Positions 1-9,021 of a stretch of 64,000 nucleotides of DNA are shown in pieces. The notes below the pieces were generated by a model. The model did no database searches. It was not told where the DNA came from and worked only from the letters and a program-made list of their open reading frames with translations. Both the position numbers and the translations under genes were made by a program. Positions within the stretch are counted from its first letter, which is position 1. Every line of letters starts with the position of its first letter. Source of the stretch: Paludibacter jiangxiensis (GTDB lineage: Bacteria; Bacteroidota; Bacteroidia; Bacteroidales; Paludibacteraceae); assembly GCA_945870155.1 (NCBI GenBank), contig CAMBSB010000003.1:16708-80707 (forward strand). Reading direction: 5' to 3'.

Positions 1-1
1 C

Positions 2-1870
2 GGTGCTAAACGTTTAACTGTAAAACATTCGCAATTGGGTATTTTGCGCGATTATATGTATACTTTACCTATTGAGAAGGCTTGTGTGTACGAGATGCAA
101 CTCACTACAGGTAAAGTGACGGTAATTATTGAAGAAACAATTGAAAGTCAATGGTTAATTGTAAGCCCCACACCCGAAGACGCCGCAGTTTATATAAACG
201 ATGAGTATAAGGAAAACGGCGCTTATTCTGCCAAAATAAAGCCTGGCAAATACTCATATCGTGTAGAAGCACCTTTGTATCATACCGATGCAGGTGTTGT
301 AGAAGTTGTTGATGCAAAAAAAACAGTTGAAGTAACTCTAAAACCGGCATTTGGTTACTTAAATATCAGTACATCTCCAGAGCAGGGTGCAAAAATAGTT
401 ATGGATGGCAAACCACTGACCCAAACTACTCCTGCAAAAACTGAAGCATTATCAAGCGGAGAACATACAATACAGGTTCTTAAAGACATGTACAAGCCAA
501 CTATACAAAAGGTGATAGTAAACGATGGACAAACTACGTCTGTAAACCTCACGATGCAAGCTAACTTTGCAGAATTAAGTGTAACAGTTCCTGCCAATGC
601 CACTGTGTTTTTAAACAACTCTACAAAAGGGAAAGGTAACTGGCAAGGACGTTTAGGTGCGGGTATTTATACCGTAGAAGCACGAATGGAGAAACACACT
701 ACTGCAAAGCAAGATATTGAATTGACAGCAGGTGATAATAAAACTATCATTCTAAGTCCTTTGCCTATTTATGGTTCGTTGGATTTAATAAGTAAACCTT
801 TGGACGCGAAAATTACTATTGATGGAAAAGAATATGGTAGTACACCGAATACCATAAACAAACTATTGATAGGCGACTATACAGTAAGTCTAAGTAAAAC
901 AGGATATGCTACTGTGAACCGAACTGTAACCATAGCTGAAGGTAAAAATACTGAACTAAATGAAATCCTTAGCAACGGTCGCCCTATAAGTATAAACTCA
1001 ACACCCTCAGGTACAGACTTGTATATTGATAATCAACATGTAGGATTGACACCTTACAGTGGTAGCCTTAGTTTTGGTAGCCATACGATACGCATAGAAC
1101 AAGGCAATAAAAAAGCAGAAAAAATAGTGGAGATAATACAATCTGGCGGAGAAACAAACTTTAATATGAGCTTCGGTTTAATTAGTTTTACTGAAACAGT
1201 AAAAAGTGTAAGTTTTGAAATGGTGGCAGTGAAAGGCGGTACATTCCTGATGGGTAGCAATGAGGGTGAAGATGATGAAAAACCAGTACATTCAGTTACA
1301 GTTAGTGATTTCTACATAGGAAAAACCGAAGTAACTCAGGCCCTATGGGTAGCTGTAATGGGTAACAACCCCAGTAATAAAAAAGGAGATAAATTCCCTG
1401 TTGAAAATGTTAGTTGGAATGATTGTCAGCAGTTTATAACAAGATTAAACCAACTTAATTCTAAAAAATACAGACTGCCTACTGAAGCCGAATGGGAGTA
1501 CGCAGCCGGCGGTGGTGCATCAAACCGTACAAAATGGGCAGGTACAAATGATGAAAATAGTTTAAGAAATTTTGCATTGTTTAGTTCTAATAGTGGTCGT
1601 GAAACACAACAAGTAACAAATAAACAACCAAATGCTTTGGGAATATATGATATGAGTGGCAATGTTTGGGAATGGTGTCTTGACCTCCATGGCAGTTATC
1701 CAATAACAACTTTGAACAATCCAACAGGATCAAGTACTGGTTCTTACCGGGTTATACGTGGTGGAAGTTGGGACAGCTACTCACAGCGTTGTCGATCTAC
1801 ATTTCGAAATCCATCCAGCCCAAGCAATTTCAGCAATAGTATAGGTTTTCGATTAGTACTTGTACCGTAA
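2..1870 (+). CDS. PEGA-repeat protein with C-terminal FGE-sulfatase (SUMF1/EgtB/PvdO, C-type lectin fold) domain; 5' end lies upstream of the window
   Basis: Frame is open from base 2. Several PEGA-like units (e.g. ISTSPEQGAKIVMDGK, SKPLDAKITIDGKEYGSTP). FGE motifs FLMGS..E.PVHSV, RLPTEAEWEYAA, YDMSGNVWEWC, RGGSW, GFRLV. Confidence 0.85.
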   Translation, partial: GAKRLTVKHSQLGILRDYMYTLPIEKACVYEMQLTTGKVTVIIEETIESQWLIVSPTPEDAAVYINDEYKENGAYSAKIKPGKYSYRVEAPLYHTDAGVVEVVDAKKTVEVTLKPAFGYLNISTSPEQGAKIVMDGKPLTQTTPAKTEALSSGEHTIQVLKDMYKPTIQKVIVNDGQTTSVNLTMQANFAELSVTVPANATVFLNNSTKGKGNWQGRLGAGIYTVEARMEKHTTAKQDIELTAGDNKTIILSPLPIYGSLDLISKPLDAKITIDGKEYGSTPNTINKLLIGDYTVSLSKTGYATVNRTVTIAEGKNTELNEILSNGRPISINSTPSGTDLYIDNQHVGLTPYSGSLSFGSHTIRIEQGNKKAEKIVEIIQSGGETNFNMSFGLISFTETVKSVSFEMVAVKGGTFLMGSNEGEDDEKPVHSVTVSDFYIGKTEVTQALWVAVMGNNPSNKKGDKFPVENVSWNDCQQFITRLNQLNSKKYRLPTEAEWEYAAGGGASNRTKWAGTNDENSLRNFALFSSNSGRETQQVTNKQPNALGIYDMSGNVWEWCLDLHGSYPITTLNNPTGSSTGSYRVIRGGSWDSYSQRCRSTFRNPSSPSNFSNSIGFRLVLVP

Positions 1871-2019
1871 TTCAAATCTAGTGGCTTTGAATAAAAAACA
1901 AAATCAAATAATTTAGCAAAGTGAAGCAATGAAGAGTAGCTGAGCGAAACTAAACGAAAAAGCGAACGAAGTTAAAATATTTGTAAGAAATTAAACAGTC
2001 TTTAGCTGTCGATTGAATT

Positions 2020-2161
2020 ATGAAGTGCCGGTTTGGCTTAGAGTATTCAGGGCTACATTTGGAGTGAATCCCTCAATTAGGACAAATGTACTTCTACCGG
2101 TTCGAATAATTGTACCTATAAGAGTTATAGCAATAGGGTTCGTGCTGTAAGAGCTTTCTAA
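2020..2161 (+). pseudogene. Degraded DUF1566/Lcl (C-type lectin fold) C-terminal remnant
   Basis: Translates as YIWS..., then ...GSNNCTYKSYSNRVRAVRAF-stop, the typical DUF1566 ending. Has an internal stop/frameshift and no start codon; the left boundary is approximate. Confidence 0.6.
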
Positions 2162-2203
2162 TAATCTATAGAACAGGGATTCCTATAAAAGGTAATTATA
2201 TTT

Positions 2204-3328
2204 ATGGAAAATCAATTGAAAAATAAAATTTTGGTTCTACCAAAGCAAAGACCTAAGAATGTTAGTATTCTGGATTTTGTATTAGATACGTTATCGGAAT
2301 ATAAAATTTATTTAAGTGAATTAGAGTCAAATAGCAATATTTTCGATAAAAATGCTACACACGAAGAACTAATGAGGATAGTAAGAATTTTGAGCGATGG
2401 TTTATATGAATCAATACGGCTATATCTTCTTGGGCTTCCACATAAGGCATATTGCAAACTTAAAAAATGTCTCGAAAATGCAGAAATTATGGGGAAAGTT
2501 GATTTAACTGTAGATTGTTCTGATAAAGATTTTTACAGAGCCAGAAAGAAAGGAAAAAAAGATAAAATTGAAAGTAAAAATGATATGTTTCATATTCCTT
2601 ACAACTTAATCGAGCAAGTTGGAAATGAACGGTTTAGTATATCGGGCAGTCCTGCTCTTTATTTAGGGAGTAATGTTTTTACGTGTTTTAAAGAGATGAA
2701 TGTTAAATCAAATCAAAAAAACGACTTGTATATTTCAAGAGTCAAAATCCCAGATATGACTATTCGTTTCTTTGATTTAAGAATACATTTAGATCAAACT
2801 TTAAAAAAATATGAAGAACGTCATAAGGACTTGTTTAGACCAGATATCTATTTGTACTTAATGACGTTTCCTTTAATCTTTGCGAGCTCATTAAAAACTG
2901 CATACCCAAAAGAAAAGTTTAAACCAGAATATATTATACCTAACCTTTTAATGCAGTATGTCAGAGGTTTAAATGAAAATGGACGTTATTTTGGTATTTT
3001 ATATTCATCAACAAAGATTAATAAGAATGACACTGATATGCCGCAGTTATTCTATAACGCTGTAATTCCAAGTCGATTAAATGATAAAGCCAATCAATTT
3101 TGCCAGTACATGGTTAGTCAAGTTCAAATATCAAATCCGATTAACTGTGGTGATAATTTTGAAAAAGTGAAGCCCGATTTTGGAGGATACTATTTAATTG
3201 GAAATGAAAACAATGTAAACGAACACTTAAAATCATATATTTATTCATTATCAGAAAATTATAGGTCTTCTCCATATGCAAATATTGAAAACATACTGGA
3301 TAAAGAGAAAGTACAATGGTTGATTTAA
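2204..3328 (+). CDS. RES-domain protein (putative NAD+-consuming toxin/defence protein)
   Basis: FYRARK...MFHIP...RFSISGSPALYLG...TCFKEM...GILYSSTK supplies the R, E and S positions of the RES family. Confidence 0.65.
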   Translation: MENQLKNKILVLPKQRPKNVSILDFVLDTLSEYKIYLSELESNSNIFDKNATHEELMRIVRILSDGLYESIRLYLLGLPHKAYCKLKKCLENAEIMGKVDLTVDCSDKDFYRARKKGKKDKIESKNDMFHIPYNLIEQVGNERFSISGSPALYLGSNVFTCFKEMNVKSNQKNDLYISRVKIPDMTIRFFDLRIHLDQTLKKYEERHKDLFRPDIYLYLMTFPLIFASSLKTAYPKEKFKPEYIIPNLLMQYVRGLNENGRYFGILYSSTKINKNDTDMPQLFYNAVIPSRLNDKANQFCQYMVSQVQISNPINCGDNFEKVKPDFGGYYLIGNENNVNEHLKSYIYSLSENYRSSPYANIENILDKEKVQWLI

Positions 3329-3362
3329 AGAATTAATTATATTTCAATAAAACAATGTTAGT

Positions 3363-4160
3363 ATGACAAGCGAAGAAAAGATATTCATCAAAAAATTCTT
3401 GACTTTGGATTCCGAAGTTCACAGTTGTTTGTGCATGGCTCTTAAAAGTGGCAGAAAGCATACTGGTAGAGACATAAAAACTGGTAAAGATATACGAGGA
3501 CTTATTAATGATGAGGTTTGGGATAACAACCTTTTCCACTCTGAATACTTTACTGGTTTGACAACTTATCTGATTTTATTAGAGCAAATTGGGAGTGTAT
3601 TTATGAAAGTTGGATATGATGTTAAGGATAAAAAGAATGGAATTCTAATTGCCTTAGATAACTTTTGTAATCAAAAACTAACTGAAGATCAAATTTATGC
3701 GATTAGTGCTCTAAGGAACTCATTAGTACATAACTTTGGTCTTGCATCACAAAATTATAGCACTAAATATGATAGCTATAAGTTTTGTTTATATTTCTCA
3801 AATAAGAGCATGAATGCAATAACTCCATACAAATGGGATGGTAAGTACACTGGTAAAGATGATAAAACAAATACAGAAGTAAGTGTATCAAAAATGTGTG
3901 AGTTCATTGAAAGTGTTTATTCAAACCTACTTGTTGAATTTGAAAATGATACTTTGTTCGGCATAGCGACTCGCAATGTCGCAGCTAAAAGCAAGGCTTC
4001 GCCTTGCAAACTCAGTAGTAGAATAGAATTATATTTGCTTTTAATATGGAAAGCTGGTTCCGATAGCTATCGGAATCCCTTTAACTTCGACATAGGCTGG
4101 AGCCTATGCCGAACAACAAGTAGCAAGATTTTTATACGATACAAAGAACAGGGGGTTTAA
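3363..4160 (+). CDS. HEPN-like protein; last ~68 codons are read through a repeated element
   Basis: Helical protein with an R-x4-H motif (LRNSLVH) and an upstream YLILLEQIG helix. Sequence from 3953 onward matches the repeat at 6812-7000. Confidence 0.5.
   Translation: MTSEEKIFIKKFLTLDSEVHSCLCMALKSGRKHTGRDIKTGKDIRGLINDEVWDNNLFHSEYFTGLTTYLILLEQIGSVFMKVGYDVKDKKNGILIALDNFCNQKLTEDQIYAISALRNSLVHNFGLASQNYSTKYDSYKFCLYFSNKSMNAITPYKWDGKYTGKDDKTNTEVSVSKMCEFIESVYSNLLVEFENDTLFGIATRNVAAKSKASPCKLSSRIELYLLLIWKAGSDSYRNPFNFDIGWSLCRTTSSKIFIRYKEQGV
3953..4154 (+). repeat. Repeat family A, copy 1 (other copies 6812-7000 and a diverged one at ~24911-25155)
   Basis: Shares GGCATAGCG...GCAAGGCTTCGCCTTGCAAA.TCAGTAGTAGAATAG.ATTATATTTGCT.TTAATATGGAAA...TACAAAGAACAGGG with 6812-7000. 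Confidence 0.9.
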
Positions 4161-4271
4161 AAAATTAGTTTACAAAGAATATAAGTGTTTTATTTACAAA
4201 AATGCTATATTTGAGTACGGAAATTAAACGTTTGCGGTAATTCTATCAGATCATTTCAAAAATAAAACTAT

Positions 4272-5117
4272 ATGGCAAAAACAACTCTTACTATTTCGAC
4301 AAAAAATAAAACCTGTTTTATTATATCACCCCTTGGCCCTGATGATTCAGAGACAAGAAGAAAAGCTGACGGATTAATTAATGCGGTAATTAAACCTATT
4401 CTAATTTCAGAGGGTTACACAGTAATTGCACCACAAGAAATTGATACACCAGGCTCAATAACGAGACAAGTTATTCAACACTTATTAGAAGATGAATTAG
4501 TAATTGCGAATTTGACCGAGCTGAACCCTAACGTTATGTATGAATTAGCCGTTCGACATTCAAAGAGGTTACCAGTAGTGTGTTTGGTTGAGAGAGGTAC
4601 TAAATTGCCTTTTGATATTGCAACCGAACGAACCATATTTTATGACAATGATATGGCTGGAGTCGAAGCGTTAAAACCAAGATTAAGTAAATCTATTAAG
4701 GAAGCAGTAGCAGAAGTTGAGCCAGACAATCCAATTTATAGGGTTGTTAGTGATAGTATTATGAGAGAAGTGGCTGCAAAAGATGATGCACAGTCTTACG
4801 TTCTTAAACGGCTTGATGATATTTCATTTCAATTAAATAAGTTAAGACATTTAAATGATGATACTGATATACAAAGGAGGCAGAGGAGTGTCAGGCTTAC
4901 AGTATCAAGAAAAAATGAAGTACTTGACAAAGATGAAGTGGCAAAGGAGATACTCTCAAAAGCAAGAAGCGAAATAATGAAATTAATTTTTACTGATAAG
5001 GGCGATAATACGAAAGTTGGACTTGAATTAGATGTTTTAGGTGGAACTAAAGACGCAGAGTCTATTATTTATACGTTTTTAGAACAAGGTTACCAAGTCG
5101 AAAATGTATATTTTTAA
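4272..5117 (+). CDS. Nucleoside 2-deoxyribosyltransferase-like (TIR-like Rossmannoid) domain protein with C-terminal extension
   Basis: TCFIISP...GSITRQVIQHLLEDELVIANLTELNPNVMYELAVRH...LPFDIATERTIFY is the signature of this family. Confidence 0.7.
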   Translation: MAKTTLTISTKNKTCFIISPLGPDDSETRRKADGLINAVIKPILISEGYTVIAPQEIDTPGSITRQVIQHLLEDELVIANLTELNPNVMYELAVRHSKRLPVVCLVERGTKLPFDIATERTIFYDNDMAGVEALKPRLSKSIKEAVAEVEPDNPIYRVVSDSIMREVAAKDDAQSYVLKRLDDISFQLNKLRHLNDDTDIQRRQRSVRLTVSRKNEVLDKDEVAKEILSKARSEIMKLIFTDKGDNTKVGLELDVLGGTKDAESIIYTFLEQGYQVENVYF

Positions 5118-5125
5118 TTACCCCT

Positions 5126-5318
5126 GTCAAATCGGATATGTAATTGATTATATGTACAAATGGTGGATATTGCATGTGGGTGGGATTTTCTTTTTTAATC
5201 CCACCCGTTGTACTATAAGGATTTTTAATCCGATAAACAAATTTGTTATAAGAACGCATTACAAATGCTAAGAATATAAGAGTTGGGATTGGAAATAAAT
5301 CCCAACAACGCAGCGTTC
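5126..5318 (+). repeat. REP-like composite element (GGATT/AATCC hairpins), degenerate copy
   Basis: Four hairpins (GTGGGATT..AATCCCAC, GGATTTTTAATCC, GCATTACAAATGC, TTGGGATT..AATCCCAA) are collinear with 7864-8060. Confidence 0.75.
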
Positions 5319-5390
5319 AACTTAGTATAAGAAATGAGGGCGATATCCGGTTAGACTGGGGTTGTTTTGCTTAAACATAAAAGAAATATA

Positions 5391-5468
5391 TATACAGATA
5401 ACTGACTATATACTCAAATATAGCGGATATACTAATTAAACTAAGTATATTTATGAGTTAGCTGCCAT
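5391..5468 (+). other. attC-like recombination hairpin (AAC...GTT); near-copy at 51741-51818
   Basis: TAACT..ATATACT / AGTATAT..AGTTA inverted arms ending GTTAGCTGCCAT. Same 54-nt AAC-to-GTT spacing and sequence as 51741-51818. Confidence 0.55.
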
Positions 5469-5500
5469 AGTAAAAAAACAATTATCTTTATATAAACAAT

Positions 5501-6331
5501 ATGAAACAGCATCCATTTTCATTATACGATTTTATTGGATATTTCATTCCTGGGGCAGCATCAATTTATTTGATTCAAATAGTAAATACAATTAAGAAAA
5601 GTAATTGTATTGATTTAAATGTTATCTTAACGTCATTTCCATCTGTAAAGACTGAAGGTATTTTAATATTTCTTATTTTCTCATATGTACTAGGACATTT
5701 ATTAAGTTACATTTCTTCTATTACAATCGAAAAATATGCTGTATGGAAATATGGATATCCTTCTAAGTATTTATTGGACATTAATACAAACAAATATTGG
5801 ACTGGAGCCAAAAAATTTCACAGTATTTTTTGGCGTATTTGTCTGATTTTCCTTTTATTGCCAACCGTAATCCTTGATTTTATTCTTGGACATTATTTTG
5901 GATTTAAAATTTTTTATTCAAGCAAACTTGACCCAATGTTAATTAAGCTCATTAAGTTTAAAATTAATTGTTTAGCTATTAAAATTGGTATAAACCCTAA
6001 AAATGGATTTGAAAATGGTGAAGCCAATAAAAGTGATTTTAATAGAATAATTCTTCATTATACTTATGAGAATTCAAAGAACCATCAAAGTAAACTATCT
6101 AATTATGTTTCTATTTATGGTTTTTTGAGAACTTTCACACTAATCACTAATGTCTTATTTTGGTATTTCATTTTTCATACTTTGTTCTATGGTACATTTG
6201 ATTTAAGTTCTAATTTGACAATTATAGGAATCTCAATTGTATCTTATCTTTTCTTTATGTCGTTTATGAAGTTTTATCGGCGATATACATTAGAAGGATT
6301 AATGATTCTATCAATTGATAAAGAAATATAG
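5501..6331 (+). CDS. Hypothetical multi-pass membrane protein
   Basis: 276-aa ORF with about 4-5 hydrophobic segments and an N-terminal SLYDFIGYFIPG motif. Confidence 0.75.
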   Translation: MKQHPFSLYDFIGYFIPGAASIYLIQIVNTIKKSNCIDLNVILTSFPSVKTEGILIFLIFSYVLGHLLSYISSITIEKYAVWKYGYPSKYLLDINTNKYWTGAKKFHSIFWRICLIFLLLPTVILDFILGHYFGFKIFYSSKLDPMLIKLIKFKINCLAIKIGINPKNGFENGEANKSDFNRIILHYTYENSKNHQSKLSNYVSIYGFLRTFTLITNVLFWYFIFHTLFYGTFDLSSNLTIIGISIVSYLFFMSFMKFYRRYTLEGLMILSIDKEI

Positions 6332-6508
6332 TCATTTGCTATAATTTCTCTGACTAATTATTGACGAACTATTTTTCAAAATATATACAATATAAACTAT
6401 AGAAATTGATTTTGACCCCTACATTGGGGGTGTGAAATACAAGATAATATATATTTTGGCTTTACAATAGAAAAGTACGGGAAAGGTGGAATTTCAAACA
6501 ACGAAGAG

Positions 6509-6742
6509 GTGAAACCATACAGACAAATCATTAAAAATTGTGATGATCTTTATAATGAAGATTCTCCAAACTGGTTAGGGTGGTTGTATCCAACACCAAT
6601 GTTGAATTTTAGAGATTTTAGTTCACAAGAGATATTTGCTCTTGTCGATAGGGCAACTCTTGAAAAAACAACAAATCAAATTGCAGAGAAAGCACTTTGT
6701 GACATTACATTTGTTCTAGAGAGAATAAAAAATACAAATTGA
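6509..6742 (+). pseudogene. Probable gene fragment
   Basis: 77-aa GTG-start ORF whose stop is followed by an attC-like left end; no recognisable domain. Confidence 0.3.
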
Positions 6743-6754
6743 ATAAGAACGAGT

Positions 6755-6810
6755 GCTTAACATCATAGGAATTAAACGCATCACCCTGTTTGACTTAGCG
6801 TAGTTAGCGT
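6755..6810 (+). other. Degenerate attC-like site
   Basis: GCTTAAC (RYYYAAC) just after a stop codon, and GTTAGCG at 6803. Arms are weak. Confidence 0.35.
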
Positions 6811-6811
6811 G

Positions 6812-7000
6812 TTTGTACGGCATAGCGTCACACTATGTCGCCAGCTAATAGCAAGGCTTCGCCTTGCAAAATCAGTAGTAGAATAGTATTATATTTGCTA
6901 TTAATATGGAAAACTGGAGTTTTCCTTTTAGCTTCGACATAAGCTGGAGCCTATGCCAAACAACGAGTAGCAAGATTTTTATACGCTACAAAGAACAGGG
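6812..7000 (+). repeat. Repeat family A, copy 2 (lacks the CCGATAGCTATCGG insert)
   Basis: Direct alignment with 3953-4154. Confidence 0.9.
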
Positions 7001-7072
7001 TCCAACGCAAAAAAATAACGAACTAAAGCCGATAGCCGTTTTATCACTAAGGTATTATATAAAAATATCGAC

Positions 7073-7828
7073 ATGAACAATAGTAAATTAATAGAATTAA
7101 ATTTTAAAACCTTGATTAATTATCCAGAAATCAATGGATATAGTAAACAAAAACCGTACAGATGTGATGGATTTTGTTGCGATTGCGAACAAAAAGGTTT
7201 GTTGACAACAGGTGAAAAGTTGGAACGAATGTCACACGGTGCAGACAGTAGCGATTTCAAAACCATTGTTGCCGAAAATTATGAAAACGACACGCCAATT
7301 ATGTTTATAATGCGTGATCCACCGCCTTCTACTCAACCTTTTTTTACTTCAATAGAACACAATGGAATAACAAAAGAAATTCCAACAAAGCATTATTATT
7401 GGATACAAGATTACATTAGTGAACCTGTAACACGTGAAAAAATAATGGATGGCAGCGTTTATGATTTATATTTCTGGTATCTACAAGAGCAGTTTTCGTT
7501 GAATAATATTTATATAACAAATTTAATCAAGTGTTATTCTAATTTATATCGTTCAAAAACACCAAATTACAAAATTCAAAGTAACTGTATTGAAATGTAT
7601 TTATTGAAAGAGATTGAATTATTTAAACCACTTATTATTTTTTGTTTGGATAGCAAAGTACATTATGTAATGAAACACAACCCAATAATGCAAACAAAAT
7701 TAAGAGAGTTTGGTATTTTAGTAGAAAAATTAAACCATCCTTCGCTTGTAGAATCATATCATAAAAATAAAGAAAACTACCTTAACAATAATAATGAAAT
7801 TATAGAAAAAACTTTGGCGAAAATTTAA
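7073..7828 (+). CDS. Uracil-DNA glycosylase superfamily protein with N-terminal Cys cluster
   Basis: PIMFIMRDP (motif A-like), IYITNLIKC, LLKEIELFKPLIIFCL and a C-terminal LNHPS motif; N-terminal CDGFCCDC. Confidence 0.6.
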   Translation: MNNSKLIELNFKTLINYPEINGYSKQKPYRCDGFCCDCEQKGLLTTGEKLERMSHGADSSDFKTIVAENYENDTPIMFIMRDPPPSTQPFFTSIEHNGITKEIPTKHYYWIQDYISEPVTREKIMDGSVYDLYFWYLQEQFSLNNIYITNLIKCYSNLYRSKTPNYKIQSNCIEMYLLKEIELFKPLIIFCLDSKVHYVMKHNPIMQTKLREFGILVEKLNHPSLVESYHKNKENYLNNNNEIIEKTLAKI

Positions 7829-7863
7829 TGTAAAATAAGACATAAAAATACATACCCTTCATA

Positions 7864-8060
7864 GTGGATATATCTAATTTATATTTATGCACAAAATGTG
7901 AGTTGCGCGCTAGGTGGGATTTGCAATCCCACCTATTGAATTAAACGGATTTACAATCCGTTATAATAATTAATTTATATTAAGGATTAAAAATCCTCAA
8001 TTAAAAAAGTTGGGATTGCAATTTTTCGCAAGCTCAATACCGCTGGTTCCCAACTACAGC
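7864..8060 (+). repeat. REP-like composite element, best-preserved copy (5' parts also at 13206-13264 and 56425-56486)
   Basis: GGATATATCTAATTTATATTTATGCACAAAATGTGAGTTGCGCGCTAGGTG followed by GTGGGATTTGCAATCCCAC, CGGATTTACAATCCG, GGATTAAAAATCC and TTGGGATTGCAA..TCCCAA hairpins. Confidence 0.85.
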
Positions 8061-8143
8061 GTTCCGAACCTTTCTACAAATAAATAGAAGTATATCCAGT
8101 AGGACAAGGACCAAGTCGTAAACGAATAAATTATAAAAAACAT

Positions 8144-8434
8144 ATGGAAAAAGTTATTAAAAGCATTATATCATTTTTGATTGCAATAGCTGGTTTAATT
8201 GGTGGGGGAATTTGGGCTTACCAAACTAATTTTAATATTGAGCCAGTGATTCTTTTCATTGTTTCATTGTTAGAAATAATTGGATTTCTATTTCTGAAAA
8301 AAACAGATGAAAGTAATCCACCACAAAACAAAACTTCACAACAGAACAACAGAAACATTCAGAATATTAACAATAAAGGTACTGTCAAGAAACAGATAAA
8401 CATTCAAGACAACACAGGAAAAATTGAAATGTAA
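8144..8434 (+). CDS. Small 2-TM protein with N/Q-rich C-terminal pseudo-repeat; putative Lamassu-coupled membrane effector
   Basis: Two hydrophobic helices, a polar linker, then NIQNINNKGTVKKQINIQDNTGKIEM. Its stop overlaps the next start (TAATG at 8432-8436). Confidence 0.8.
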   Translation: MEKVIKSIISFLIAIAGLIGGGIWAYQTNFNIEPVILFIVSLLEIIGFLFLKKTDESNPPQNKTSQQNNRNIQNINNKGTVKKQINIQDNTGKIEM

Positions 8435-9021
8435 TGACTCAAGAAATCATAAACACTGTTCCCGTTGACACTCAATTTAACATAGGTGAAAATCATGGGA
8501 CTATTAATGCTATAAAAAAAACTAGGTTTTCAAAAAGATTTGAAAAGCTCAATACTGAAGTTGCAAGTGATGACAGGTATGAAGGCACGATGGAATCTCT
8601 AAAATACTATTTAACGAAACGAGATGGTATAGACATGCCAACGAAGTTAGAAGATGGAGGTTTTAAAGTGAGTGAGATAATTGAAGCTGCGAGAAGAAAA
8701 GAGAAGTTTGCAAAAAGACTTGAAATAAATCGATTTTTCGAATCGGCACAATGGATAGACAGTCAGTTGTTTGCAATAATCAAAATGAAATTCGAAGCTC
8801 ATGTAGATCCATTAATATGTAATGGCTCAACCAAAGAAGAAATTCTAAAGGTGGTAGTTCAGAATGTAATAGAACCGGTACTTGAAGTAATAAACATTGA
8901 AGGAGAAAATGATGAAGTACTGAATTATAACGCTGAAGATATTTTTGGAATGATTTATTACTTAACAGGACAATGTCACTTAAATTGGAAAGATTATGAT
9001 AGTATACAACCAAGCTTTTGA
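8434..9021 (+). CDS. lmuA: Lamassu LmuA-like / ABC-three-component C-terminal domain protein with no enzymatic effector domain
   Basis: Ends IFGMIYYLTGQCHLNW, typical of the ABC-3C CTD. Only ~25 aa precede the CTD. Lies directly upstream of the middle component and ABC ATPase. Confidence 0.7.
   Translation: MTQEIINTVPVDTQFNIGENHGTINAIKKTRFSKRFEKLNTEVASDDRYEGTMESLKYYLTKRDGIDMPTKLEDGGFKVSEIIEAARRKEKFAKRLEINRFFESAQWIDSQLFAIIKMKFEAHVDPLICNGSTKEEILKVVVQNVIEPVLEVINIEGENDEVLNYNAEDIFGMIYYLTGQCHLNWKDYDSIQPSF

Noticed and set aside
1700-2200. Complete diversity-generating retroelement
   Set aside because: No template repeat, RT or Avd gene could be found in the window.
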